NCBI GenBank assembly: GCA_048885185.1 | Contig: JBHLQC010000004.1 | Coordinates: forward strand, 1-32,000 | DNA length: 32,000 bases | Reading direction: 5' to 3' | Source: Candidatus Odinarchaeota archaeon | Lineage (GTDB): Archaea; Asgardarchaeota; Hermodarchaeia; Hermodarchaeales; Hermodarchaeaceae | In this document: in pieces, positions 6,639-14,872 of the stretch | How the letters are laid out: every line of letters starts with the position of its first letter | Numbering within the stretch: position 1 is the stretch's first letter | The notes under the pieces: generated by a model | What the model was told of the DNA's origin: nothing | What the model saw: the letters and a program-made list of their open reading frames with translations, nothing else | The model's database searches: none | Made by a program: the position numbers and the translations under genes

Positions 6639-7745
6639 TTAGCGTGTGACCTGATATTCAATGATTTCTTCATATAATTTTGTTGCTTCCGGATTTTCTT
6701 CAAAATATTTCCGGACTGGTTCAAGAAAATCTGAGAAGGCAACAGTTGCAGCTTGTTTAAGGTCAAGCGGATGAATCGCCCCAGCGGCAAATAATTCTTC
6801 GAGTTCATCTGCACTCGTTAAACTTAACGGACCACCGTATTTTTCAGTCCGCTCAATATGCAAAGTGAAGCCATCTTGAGTGAACAAAATGTTGCGAATA
6901 TAGCTCAATACGGGATTATTCTCAACGACTTGAGCGGGGCAGTATGCGTTCTTAATTTTCTTTTTGATTTCACGCGGTGAATCATGAATGAAAATCGCAT
7001 CGCCTGGTTTTGACTTCGACATTTTCGTTTGTATGGCTAATTCTTGAGCGGAGAACTCAGCAGCAGCATCCATACGAGATGTTCCAGTTAACCCTGGGAG
7101 AAGGGGTGTGTGAACACCAACTGGTTTCCAACCGAGTTTCATTTTATCTGCAACTTCACGTGCTAGGACGTGGGCACGTCGTTGATCCATTCCTGAAAGA
7201 CAAATTTCATATTTTTGATCGAGAATATCAGTTACTTGTAAAAGGGGATAGACGAGTTTCGAGAAGTCGATAACGGCTTCTTCTTCAGTACGTCCCATGA
7301 TATCGGTTGATCGCCGAACTCTTGCTAGAGTGAGATTTTTTGCGACCCGAAGCACTTTCTCCCAATAGTCAAGGCGTCGCATCAAATCTTCTGCAGTGAT
7401 GATGTGTACTTTATGGGTGTCTACTTTTAGGGCAGTAAAACAGTGACGGAGATATTCGGCACAACGTCGGATTTTTTCGATGTTTCCACCAAATTTGTCA
7501 TTAATTTGGGCATGCCAGGTGGCCAAGAGAATTTCCATGCGAACTCCTAATTCTACTAGTTGATTGAGTTTCTGTACCCAGCCAATCCACCCTATGTGAA
7601 ATAATCCACTTGGTTCAACACCTATGTAGCCCCGAGGTTTCTCTTGGCGAGAAAATAGTTCTGATAAATCCTCGATAGTAAGCACTTCTTGGGTATGCTG
7701 TGAAATTTTCTCTACGCTAGGTGGAATGTCATTCAAAGGAAACAC
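6639..7745 (-). CDS. tyrS: Tyrosyl-tRNA synthetase
   Basis: YIGVEPSGLFHIGW (HIGH region), KMSKSKPG, AYCPAQVVENNPVL, TEKYGGPL and IHPLDLKQA are colinear with archaeal TyrRS. I place the start at GTG 7745, preceded by GAGGTG and a TATA at 7773-7783, rather than at the upstream end of the ORF track (7868). Confidence 0.85.
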   Translation of the reverse strand: MFPLNDIPPSVEKISQHTQEVLTIEDLSELFSRQEKPRGYIGVEPSGLFHIGWIGWVQKLNQLVELGVRMEILLATWHAQINDKFGGNIEKIRRCAEYLRHCFTALKVDTHKVHIITAEDLMRRLDYWEKVLRVAKNLTLARVRRSTDIMGRTEEEAVIDFSKLVYPLLQVTDILDQKYEICLSGMDQRRAHVLAREVADKMKLGWKPVGVHTPLLPGLTGTSRMDAAAEFSAQELAIQTKMSKSKPGDAIFIHDSPREIKKKIKNAYCPAQVVENNPVLSYIRNILFTQDGFTLHIERTEKYGGPLSLTSADELEELFAAGAIHPLDLKQAATVAFSDFLEPVRKYFEENPEATKLYEEIIEYQVTR

Positions 7746-7772
7746 CTCTAAGTGTCTCGGGCTTGTTCTGCG

Positions 7773-7783
7773 ATATATAAAAG
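7773..7783 (-). promoter_or_regulatory. TATA-box-like element for tyrS
   Basis: The reverse strand reads CTTTTATATAT about 30 nt upstream of the proposed GTG start at 7745. Confidence 0.45.
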
Positions 7784-7866
7784 TACACCGATAAAAGTCA
7801 CCTAGATTCGGTAAAATTAAGAAATACAACTGCCTTCTACCCAAAGAACAATTCAGGCGAACTGCC

Positions 7867-8286
7867 ATGTGTCCACATCAAAAAAACCCCCAATCTAAAA
7901 AAGAAAGATTAGAGGAGCGCTTTGAGAAGGGTATTCGTCTATTACTTGAACTCTCCAAAGAAGGTGTTCCAATAGTAGTGGAGGGTATCAAGGATATCAC
8001 GGCATTACGTGGATTGGGTTTAACAGGACCCATTCATGCATTAGCAGGCCATAATATTGTCAGTTTGGCTGATGAATTAGCAGAGGCCCAACGTTTGTTG
8101 ATATTATTTGATTTTGATAGAAGAGGAGGCCAATTAACTCGTCACTTGATTAACCAATTAGAAGGACGAGGAGTCACATTGCTTCACAATGAACGGCACC
8201 AACTAAGGCGAGCTTTTAGTTGGCGTGTTCGGGTTATTGAAGGCTTAAAAGAGATGGATAATTGTTCGAAAGGCACAAAGTTTTAA
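7867..8286 (+). CDS. Small stand-alone Toprim-domain protein (COG1658-like)
   Basis: 139 aa. The pattern IVVEGIKD...LILFDFDRRGG fits a Toprim acidic motif (E ... DxD). Confidence 0.7.
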   Translation: MCPHQKNPQSKKERLEERFEKGIRLLLELSKEGVPIVVEGIKDITALRGLGLTGPIHALAGHNIVSLADELAEAQRLLILFDFDRRGGQLTRHLINQLEGRGVTLLHNERHQLRRAFSWRVRVIEGLKEMDNCSKGTKF

Positions 8287-8429
8287 TGCCGTTTCTTCGT
8301 GAGGCTAATTACATTACGCTTACCAAATTACATAATCATCATCAATGATCCTATTGGAAAAAAATTGGCGCACTCAACATCACGCGCTACTGATAAATCA
8401 TCATAAATCACTCTTACTAGGTGGCGATT

Positions 8430-9756
8430 ATGGGAGCAAATGAAGAAAGTACTGGTACTACTAAATATTGTATTCGTGGAAAAATCGAAATAGATGGAGT
8501 AGTTGAGACCCCCGATGTCGTAGGCGCGCTCTTTGGTCAAACAGAGGGCCTACACTTCATATCACAGATGTGAAGGGGTAATCGGTGAAGATTTGGATCT
8601 TAGAGAGTTACAACAATCGGGGCGAATTGGTCGAATAAAAGTAGAACTGAATTCAGAGGGCGGTAAATCACAAGGCACCATTACTATTCCCTGTAGTCTT
8701 GATCGGACTGAAACCGCAGTTCTCGCAGCTGCAATGGAAACTGTAGATCGAGTTGGTCCTTGCGCAGCGAAAATTACCCTGCAAAAACTAGAAGACGTTC
8801 GCGAAGAAAAACGAAAACGAATCATTGAACGAGCCGTGGACCTTCTACGAGATTGGGAAGGAGAAGTATCACCGGATTCGCAGGAAATGACAGACACTGT
8901 CATGAGAGAAACACGTACGGCAGGGATTGTGAAACTAGGGAAGGAAAAACTTCCCGCTGGACCAGATGCAGAAACTTCTAACACAATCATTGTTGTTGAA
9001 GGTCGTGCAGATGTGTTATCTTTGCTTCGTTCAGGTGTGAAAAATGCTGTTGCAGTAGAAGGTACTTCGATTCCAAAATCAATTGTTGATTTGATCAAAT
9101 CAAAAACTGTGATTGCCTTCCTTGACGGAGACCGGGGAGGAGATTTAATTCTCAGAGAGCTTTCTCAACTAGCAAAAGTAGACTACGTTGCGAGAGCACC
9201 AACAGGAAGAGAAGTAGAGGAACTAACTCACAAGGAAATCACAAAAGCCCTTCGAAACAAAATTCCAGCAGAACAGGTGCTGAGAAAGCCCATCAGAAAA
9301 GCCAAAACCTTGACCAAAGTCACTCCAAAAACGAAACGGCGAGGGCGGCGACCCACGACACAGAAACCGAATGAAACCCGTCAAAGGACAACACGTTCTA
9401 CAAAGCGGGACACACCCCGAACTAAGGAAGCCCCAAAGGACAAGAAGAAACCGAAAGATCTCGGAATTCCTAAAGCTGTTCTTGATTCATCTCAGAAAAT
9501 TCAACAGACAATGATGGCTTCAATTCTTGATAAAGATTTGAAACAACTTAAGGAGACACATGTCGGAGAGATAGCCAACGAGTTGCAGAAACAAAAAAAT
9601 GCACAAGTCCTCATCTTAGATGGAGTTGTAACACAACGGCTTATCGATATTGCCGAAGAACGTGGCATCGAACTAATCATTGGAGTCCGCATTGGAAATA
9701 TCGTCAAGAAGCCAGCAAAAATGCGCATTCACACATTCGATGAATTGCAGCAGTAA
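8430..9756 (+). CDS. dnaG: Archaeal DnaG primase/exosome-associated Toprim protein, coding sequence interrupted by a 28-nt insert: join(8430..8553,8582..9756)
   Basis: Exon 1 from ATG 8430 encodes [41 protein letters not shown]. Left unspliced, this frame stops at TGA 8571-8573. The +1 frame continues [22 protein letters not shown]... with the Toprim core [14 protein letters not shown] and FLDGDRGGD. The joined length of 1299 nt is divisible by three. Confidence 0.8.
8554..8581 (+). other. Candidate BHB-type intron within the dnaG mRNA (28 nt)
   Basis: Hairpin 8555-8562/8568-8575, 3-nt bulges 8552-8554 and 8580-8582, and a 4-bp central helix 8548-8551/8576-8579. Excision restores the reading frame and the GLLGEDLDL consensus. 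Confidence 0.6.
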
Positions 9757-9841
9757 TATACTGCTTGTCAAGGTAGCAAGGCTTATATAGCGAGCATCCT
9801 CAGTTTCGCCTCGACTCTATACAATCCGCGAGCGTGTTTCC

Positions 9842-10126
9842 GTGGCTGAAACCAACAGTAAGCTCATTCGCATTCTTCAGGTTCTCGGGCTTCTATTCAT
9901 GATTGGTGCTGGATTTGTAGCTGTAACCAATCTAGTGTTTGACATTCCCTGGGACCAGATTGCAGCAATTTTATTTCTAGCTAACTTACTGTTATGTGGG
10001 CTCAGTTTTGGAATGGCAGGTTTGATGGCAGAAAACCCTGATAAAATTCGAAAATACTTTGCCGAATGGTTGGTTGTGGTTGGAGCGATCCTAATATGGG
10101 TAGTCTGTGTGTATGCTTTACTTTGA
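9842..10126 (+). CDS. Small hypothetical membrane protein (about 3 TM)
   Basis: 94-aa hydrophobic ORF with a GTG start, ending 9 nt before atpD on the same strand. No recognisable family. Confidence 0.45.
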   Translation: MAETNSKLIRILQVLGLLFMIGAGFVAVTNLVFDIPWDQIAAILFLANLLLCGLSFGMAGLMAENPDKIRKYFAEWLVVVGAILIWVVCVYALL

Positions 10127-10135
10127 GGGATAATC

Positions 10136-10789
10136 TTGTCTGAGTCAGCAGGAATTATTGCAGGTGTTCGCCCAACTCGGATGGAACTTCTAACTCTTAA
10201 AGAACGACGTGAATTAGCTGCACGAGGTTATGAACTTCTTCGAGAAAAACAAGATGCCCTAGTTCGTGAGTTTTTCGCTATTTTGTCAGAAGCTAAGAAA
10301 TATCGAGAAGAAATGGAAACCACTTTAACTGAAGCCTTTGCTTCCTTTATGGAAGCTAAGTTAGTTGAAGGCGGAGCTAAATTAGAAGAACTCGCTTTGG
10401 GAGCAAAAAGCCCAATTGACTTTGATGTGGAAACTCGAAACATGATGGGAGTGACTGTACCCATCTTTCGAGTTACTCAACAAGAAGAAGAAGCTCAATT
10501 GCATTACAGTTTAGCGGGAACGTCAGCTGCCGTGGATAAAGCTGCTCAAAAAGTACGTACTGCACTTGATAAGATTGTAAGGCTTGCAGAAATTGAAGCC
10601 ACAGTAAAACGGCTTGCTGCAGAAATTGAGAAGACAAAACGCCGTGTAAACGCGTTAAATTACGTAGTTCTTCCTCGAATTAACAATACTATTCGGTATA
10701 TTGAGCTCATGCTTGAAGAACAGGAACGAGAAGATCTCTTCCGCATGAAACGCGTGAAGGCGATGATGGAGCGTAAAGCAAGCTCCTAG
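10136..10789 (+). CDS. atpD: A/V-type ATP synthase subunit D
   Basis: RPTRMELLTLKERRELAARGYELLREKQDALVREF, together with a C-terminal coiled coil (KRRVNALNYVVLPRI), is the subunit D signature. Confidence 0.88.
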   Translation: MSESAGIIAGVRPTRMELLTLKERRELAARGYELLREKQDALVREFFAILSEAKKYREEMETTLTEAFASFMEAKLVEGGAKLEELALGAKSPIDFDVETRNMMGVTVPIFRVTQQEEEAQLHYSLAGTSAAVDKAAQKVRTALDKIVRLAEIEATVKRLAAEIEKTKRRVNALNYVVLPRINNTIRYIELMLEEQEREDLFRMKRVKAMMERKASS

Positions 10790-10793
10790 AGTT

Positions 10794-11186
10794 CTAGTCT
10801 TCAGTTAGTGTGATAATTGCTCTAGCAAGGTTACCATCCGCGGTCCGTAAGGCTTCGCGGGCTTCTTCTTCAGAAACATTGGCTTGAGTTGCTACAAGTT
10901 GGACATCTTCTTCAGAAAATGTTGCGGTTACAGCCGGGGGAGCCTCTTCTGCTGCTTCGCTGGAGACTGTAAGGCTTCTTTCTTCGGCTTGCCCAATTAT
11001 CTGGTAGACGTTGTCTCCTTGTCCTTGCATGGTTACTACTTGGGGTTCGGTAAGAACTAATTCCCGATCCGGAAACCGTATGAGCACCTCAGTGACAGCG
11101 TCCAATTGCTGGAAATCCATACCCATCCGTCGCATCTGACGCTCCATTGCGCGTTTTTTGGATTTCACTTTTTTTACTTTGACCAA
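10794..11186 (-). CDS. nac: Nascent polypeptide-associated complex protein (archaeal NAC)
   Basis: NAC domain (MGMDFQQLDAVTEVLIRFPDRELVLTEPQVVTMQ) and C-terminal UBA-like SEEDVQLVATQANVSEEEAREALRTADGNLARAI. The start could be TTG 11186 or a downstream ATG. Confidence 0.85.
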   Translation of the reverse strand: MVKVKKVKSKKRAMERQMRRMGMDFQQLDAVTEVLIRFPDRELVLTEPQVVTMQGQGDNVYQIIGQAEERSLTVSSEAAEEAPPAVTATFSEEDVQLVATQANVSEEEAREALRTADGNLARAIITLTED

Positions 11187-11232
11187 ATCGTATCCCTCAT
11201 ATTTTCTGCAATTCGTAGTTAGTCGTTATCAT

Positions 11233-11616
11233 TTAGGTTTTCCGTTTATCGATTGAATGGCGTGTTTTAACGGCTACTCCTCTTGTGAGTTCAAGCATTT
11301 CTTGAGGACTTAATTGAGCCACTCCAACAGCAAGTAATTCATCCTTACTATCCACTACGAGTACTTCATCACCTGCACGAAGTTGGGGATCCACTTCTTC
11401 CACATGCTTTGCAAAAAGACTGCGACCTTCAGCAATAAAATGGGCGACCTCTTGATGAACTACTACGCGGAGTCGTGGATATTTAACCGCAGCATGCAAG
11501 CATTTAGCACCCCAGATTGTCAGAACAATACGCCCATCAGTTGCGCGAATTGTCGCAAGGACTTTGGAAGCCAATAGTACTCTTCGAAGACGCCCAGTTC
11601 GTTTGGACACTTCCAC
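11233..11616 (-). CDS. PUA-domain RNA-binding protein (ArcTGT C2/PUA-like)
   Basis: 127 aa. C-terminal LRAGDEVLVVDSKDELLAVGVAQLSPQEMLELTRGVAVKTRH is a typical PUA domain. Confidence 0.65.
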   Translation of the reverse strand: MEVSKRTGRLRRVLLASKVLATIRATDGRIVLTIWGAKCLHAAVKYPRLRVVVHQEVAHFIAEGRSLFAKHVEEVDPQLRAGDEVLVVDSKDELLAVGVAQLSPQEMLELTRGVAVKTRHSIDKRKT

Positions 11617-11742
11617 CTTGCAGGTATCGGGGAATATCTTATGTCCTACTTGTGAGTTGAATTGATAGTTAGCAATGCCTCTTACTCTGTGTAAGCGTTC
11701 ATTATTTTGCGATTTGGCTCGCCTCGCCTTTTCTACAATAAC

Positions 11743-12969
11743 CTATCCATAAATGTCTGTCGCGTCGCTTCGGTCCCCAATGTTACCTAATACCTTGGCT
11801 ATGGCTTTAGTGAAATCCTCTCGATCAACTATGTCCCGGAGTTCTCGGATTGCAAACATTCCAGCTTCTGTACATATCGCTTTTAGATCTGCTCCAGATG
11901 CCCCTGTAGTTTTTGCCGCAAGCATACTAACATCAACGTCAGAATGGATGTTCATGTTTCGCATATGTATCTTGAGAATTGCCACTCTTGCTTCTTTGTC
12001 TGGATATGGAAACTCGATGATTCGATCGAAACGCCCAGGACGAGTAAGGGCACTATCAAGTATATCTGGACGGTTTGTCGCCGCAATAATTCGAACATCA
12101 CCACGCGGATCAAATCCGTCAAGCATGCTGAGAAGTTGCATGAGGGTTCGTTGTACTTCACGATCCCCACTTGTTGCGATGTCAAGACGCCGACTGGCAA
12201 CTGCATCGAGTTCGTCTATGAAAACAATGCTTGGAGCGCGTTTACGGGCCATATAGAAGATCTCTCGAACGATGCGAGCTCCTTCCCCAATGAATTTTTG
12301 GACCAGTTCAGAGCCAATAACTCTAATGAACGTGGCTTTGGTTTCATGTGCCACCGCTCGCGCAAGTAGAGTTTTTCCAGTGCCTGGAGGTCCACAAAGC
12401 AGAACTCCTTTAGGTGGTTCAATACCGACTTTCTCGAAAAGTTCAGGATGAAGTAAGGGAAGTTCGACCGTTTCCCGAATCTCTGCAATTTGATCTTCTA
12501 ATCCACCGATGTCATCATAAGTAACATCAGGACTTTCTTCAACATTCATTGCTTGTACAAATGGATCGATAGATATGGGTAAGATATCAACAACGGCAAG
12601 AGTCCGTTGATTTAGTGCTACTTTTGCTCCGGATTCTAATTTGCTTCCTATAATGGATTCTGGATAATTAACGACAAATTGAGGGCCGGTACTGCTTTTT
12701 ACTATCACTCGGCCATCATCTAGAACATCAATTACGGTAGCTGAAACAAGTGGTGGTTGTCGGAGTTTATTCAGTTCCGCTTGAAGAATTCGTACTTCAT
12801 TTTCAAGTCGTGTCCGTTCAGCTACAATTTGTTCCCGTTCTAATTCGAGTTCACGGACTCGCTGCTCTAATAGTAGGGTACGCTCTGCTAGAGTCACATA
12901 GTCATCAGGTGATATTGGCTTCTTGCGGAAATCCGTAGAATCGGTCATTGCATGCTCTCTGAGTGACAC
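11743..12969 (-). CDS. pan: Proteasome-activating nucleotidase (AAA+ ATPase)
   Basis: N-terminal coiled coil ([36 protein letters not shown]), Walker [12 protein letters not shown], Walker B VFIDELD, and a C-terminal I-Y-G that fits an HbYX motif. Confidence 0.92.
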   Translation of the reverse strand: MSLREHAMTDSTDFRKKPISPDDYVTLAERTLLLEQRVRELELEREQIVAERTRLENEVRILQAELNKLRQPPLVSATVIDVLDDGRVIVKSSTGPQFVVNYPESIIGSKLESGAKVALNQRTLAVVDILPISIDPFVQAMNVEESPDVTYDDIGGLEDQIAEIRETVELPLLHPELFEKVGIEPPKGVLLCGPPGTGKTLLARAVAHETKATFIRVIGSELVQKFIGEGARIVREIFYMARKRAPSIVFIDELDAVASRRLDIATSGDREVQRTLMQLLSMLDGFDPRGDVRIIAATNRPDILDSALTRPGRFDRIIEFPYPDKEARVAILKIHMRNMNIHSDVDVSMLAAKTTGASGADLKAICTEAGMFAIRELRDIVDREDFTKAIAKVLGNIGDRSDATDIYG

Positions 12970-13063
12970 GCGCTAAAAGCTTTTTTTATTCCCCGACCAA
13001 AATTGCCTAATCCTACTAAAAGAAGGTTAGAATGTAAGTAAATTTTTAGATATTGGCGGGTAA

Positions 13064-13612
13064 ATGATAGACTGGTGGCGAAAAGGCTTCATGGTAACTT
13101 GTGAAATCTGTGGTCGTGAATGTTATTCAACAAGGGAAATATCGCTTGAAGGGGCACTGCTCCAAGCATGTAATCGCTGTGCTGAACTGGGAAAACCTGT
13201 TCCTCGAACAAAACCAACAAGTTCGAGACCGTCATCCATTCCTAGAACCCGGTCTCATTCAGTATCACGTTCATCATCTACAGGTCGTTATCCGTCTACA
13301 CGATCTCGACCTCAACGACGCGAGTTGGTTCCAGTTGAGGATTTCACCAAACTGATTCGAAAAGCACGAGAACAAAGAGGAATGGCACAAAAAGACGTAG
13401 CCCGTCAACTCCATGAAAGGACCTCCGTTATCACGAAAGTTGAAAGTGGCAAGATGGCGCCCACGATCAGTCTAGCGCGGAAGTTAGAACGGTTGTTTAA
13501 ATTGACTCTGCTTGAAGAGGCAGAATCTGTGGATCTCTCACCTGGTACTTCGCAAAGCTCAGCAACTTTAGGTGACGTTGTACAAATAAAACGCAAGAAA
13601 TCAACTTCCTAA
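13064..13612 (+). CDS. mbf1: Archaeal multiprotein bridging factor 1 (zinc ribbon plus XRE-type HTH)
   Basis: CEICGRE...CNRCAELG zinc ribbon and the HTH LIRKAREQRGMAQKDVARQLHERTSVITKVESGKMAPTISLARKLERLF. The true start may be ATG 13091 (MVTCEICG). Confidence 0.85.
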   Translation: MIDWWRKGFMVTCEICGRECYSTREISLEGALLQACNRCAELGKPVPRTKPTSSRPSSIPRTRSHSVSRSSSTGRYPSTRSRPQRRELVPVEDFTKLIRKAREQRGMAQKDVARQLHERTSVITKVESGKMAPTISLARKLERLFKLTLLEEAESVDLSPGTSQSSATLGDVVQIKRKKSTS

Positions 13613-13660
13613 GCAACCCTAAATGGTTCCGAAACATATTGAGAAGACGAGATTATTTTC

Positions 13661-14209
13661 ATGAAATCATCTGAGTGGCGAATTGTAGTTTTAAAACTGG
13701 ATCACCGTCCAGAACGTGATAAACGACTTACAACTCATATCGGATTAACTGCTCGTGCATTCGGAACCTCAGAACTACAGACCTCTGGTTTGAAGGACCC
13801 AAAAATCGTTGAAACAATAGAACAAGTGTGTGCCCAATGGGGTAACCAAGAATTTAGAGTAACGACTGGGGTTCAGTGGAAAAAACAAATCAAAAAATGG
13901 AAAGAAGAAAATGGAGAGATCATCCATCTCACTATGTATGGTCTTCATGTTGACGAGGTGATATCCGAAATTCGAGAGTCTCCCAAGTCAAAACTTATTG
14001 TCGTTGGAGGTCCCAAAGTTCCGTTTGAAGTATTCAAAACAGCCGACTATAACATAGCAATCGGACATCAACCACATAGTGAAGTTACCGCCCTCTCAAT
14101 ATTTTTAGACCGCCTTTTTCAAGGGAAAAATCTGTATACGAAATTCCAAGATGCAAAACTTGAGATTCTTCCTTCAGCGCATGGAAAACAAGTAAGAGAA
14201 TCTGAATGA
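13661..14209 (+). CDS. trm56: tRNA (cytidine56-2'-O)-methyltransferase aTrm56 (SPOUT)
   Basis: LKLDHRPERDKRLTTHIGLTARAFG, HLTMYGLHVDEV and ADYNIAIGHQPHSEVTALSIFLDRL are colinear with Pyrococcus aTrm56 as I recall it. Confidence 0.88.
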   Translation: MKSSEWRIVVLKLDHRPERDKRLTTHIGLTARAFGTSELQTSGLKDPKIVETIEQVCAQWGNQEFRVTTGVQWKKQIKKWKEENGEIIHLTMYGLHVDEVISEIRESPKSKLIVVGGPKVPFEVFKTADYNIAIGHQPHSEVTALSIFLDRLFQGKNLYTKFQDAKLEILPSAHGKQVRESE

Positions 14210-14282
14210 TTTTATTAACTTCGAAATCAAATAAAGCGTCTTTGTTTAACAAAAAGGTCTTTATTCCATGTAAGGACTAGTT

Positions 14283-14804
14283 ATGTGTAGATTTATGTCA
14301 GGACGTGAGATGCTAATTAAGCAGGTTGTCATTGAATTCGCCGGTGAAGAAGCGTTTGAAGTAGTGTCACGTTTGAAAGAGGATGAAGAAACGACAGATG
14401 AGGAAATTGCCAATGAAACAGGTATGCGCCTTAATGCCGTTCGAAAAATTCTCTATAAACTCTATGACCTTCATTTAGCCTCATATCGCCGTACCCGCGA
14501 CAAACAAACCGGTTGGTTTGTCTACTACTGGATATTAGAACCAGAACGTATTCACGACCTTCTCCGAGAGAAAAAGAACAAGGTGTTAGAAAGACTGAAC
14601 CAACGCCTTCACTACGAAACTGAAAATACCTTCTACCATTGCAATCATGACGGATGTCCGCGACATACATTCGAAGAGGCAATGGCTAACGCTTTCAAAT
14701 GCCCAACCTGTAGTAACCAACTTGTTCATGTGGACAATCTACAGATCATCAACTGGTTGAAAAAACAAATCCGAATATTAGAAGAAGAAATTAAACCCAA
14801 TTAG
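14283..14804 (+). CDS. tfe: Transcription factor E (TFIIE-alpha homologue)
   Basis: Winged helix (TDEEIANETGMRLNAVRKILYKLYDLHLASYRRTRDKQTGWFVYYW) followed by a zinc ribbon (YHCNHDGCPRH...FKCPTCSNQL). Confidence 0.82.
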   Translation: MCRFMSGREMLIKQVVIEFAGEEAFEVVSRLKEDEETTDEEIANETGMRLNAVRKILYKLYDLHLASYRRTRDKQTGWFVYYWILEPERIHDLLREKKNKVLERLNQRLHYETENTFYHCNHDGCPRHTFEEAMANAFKCPTCSNQLVHVDNLQIINWLKKQIRILEEEIKPN

Positions 14805-14872
14805 AGTCTCTCAGCTTTTTTGACTTTAAGGAGACCCTTTTTAGGGAAGCGTTGATTATTTGAAAACGAAGC

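Noticed and set aside
7746-7868. N-terminal extension of the tyrS ORF (also 18693-18866 for the S2P protease and 22057-22098 for pelota)
   Set aside because: The extensions encode non-conserved, odd-composition peptides and run through the promoter or TATA regions or the divergent neighbour. Internal GTG/ATG starts with upstream signals fit the protein families better.
8533-8583. TTG 8533 as the dnaG start (ORF-track model, 407 aa)
   Set aside because: The first 17 codons ([17 protein letters not shown]) are read out of frame through exon 1 and the insert. The conserved N-terminus is encoded from ATG 8430 in another frame.
8562-9098. Long antisense or shadow ORFs inside real genes (for example 8562-9098(-), 11753-12256(+), 11944-12369(+), 1435-1773(+), 4427-4750(-), 31433-31636(+))
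   Set aside because: Each lies entirely within a well-supported CDS on the opposite strand or in another frame, and has low-complexity Ser/Arg-rich composition.
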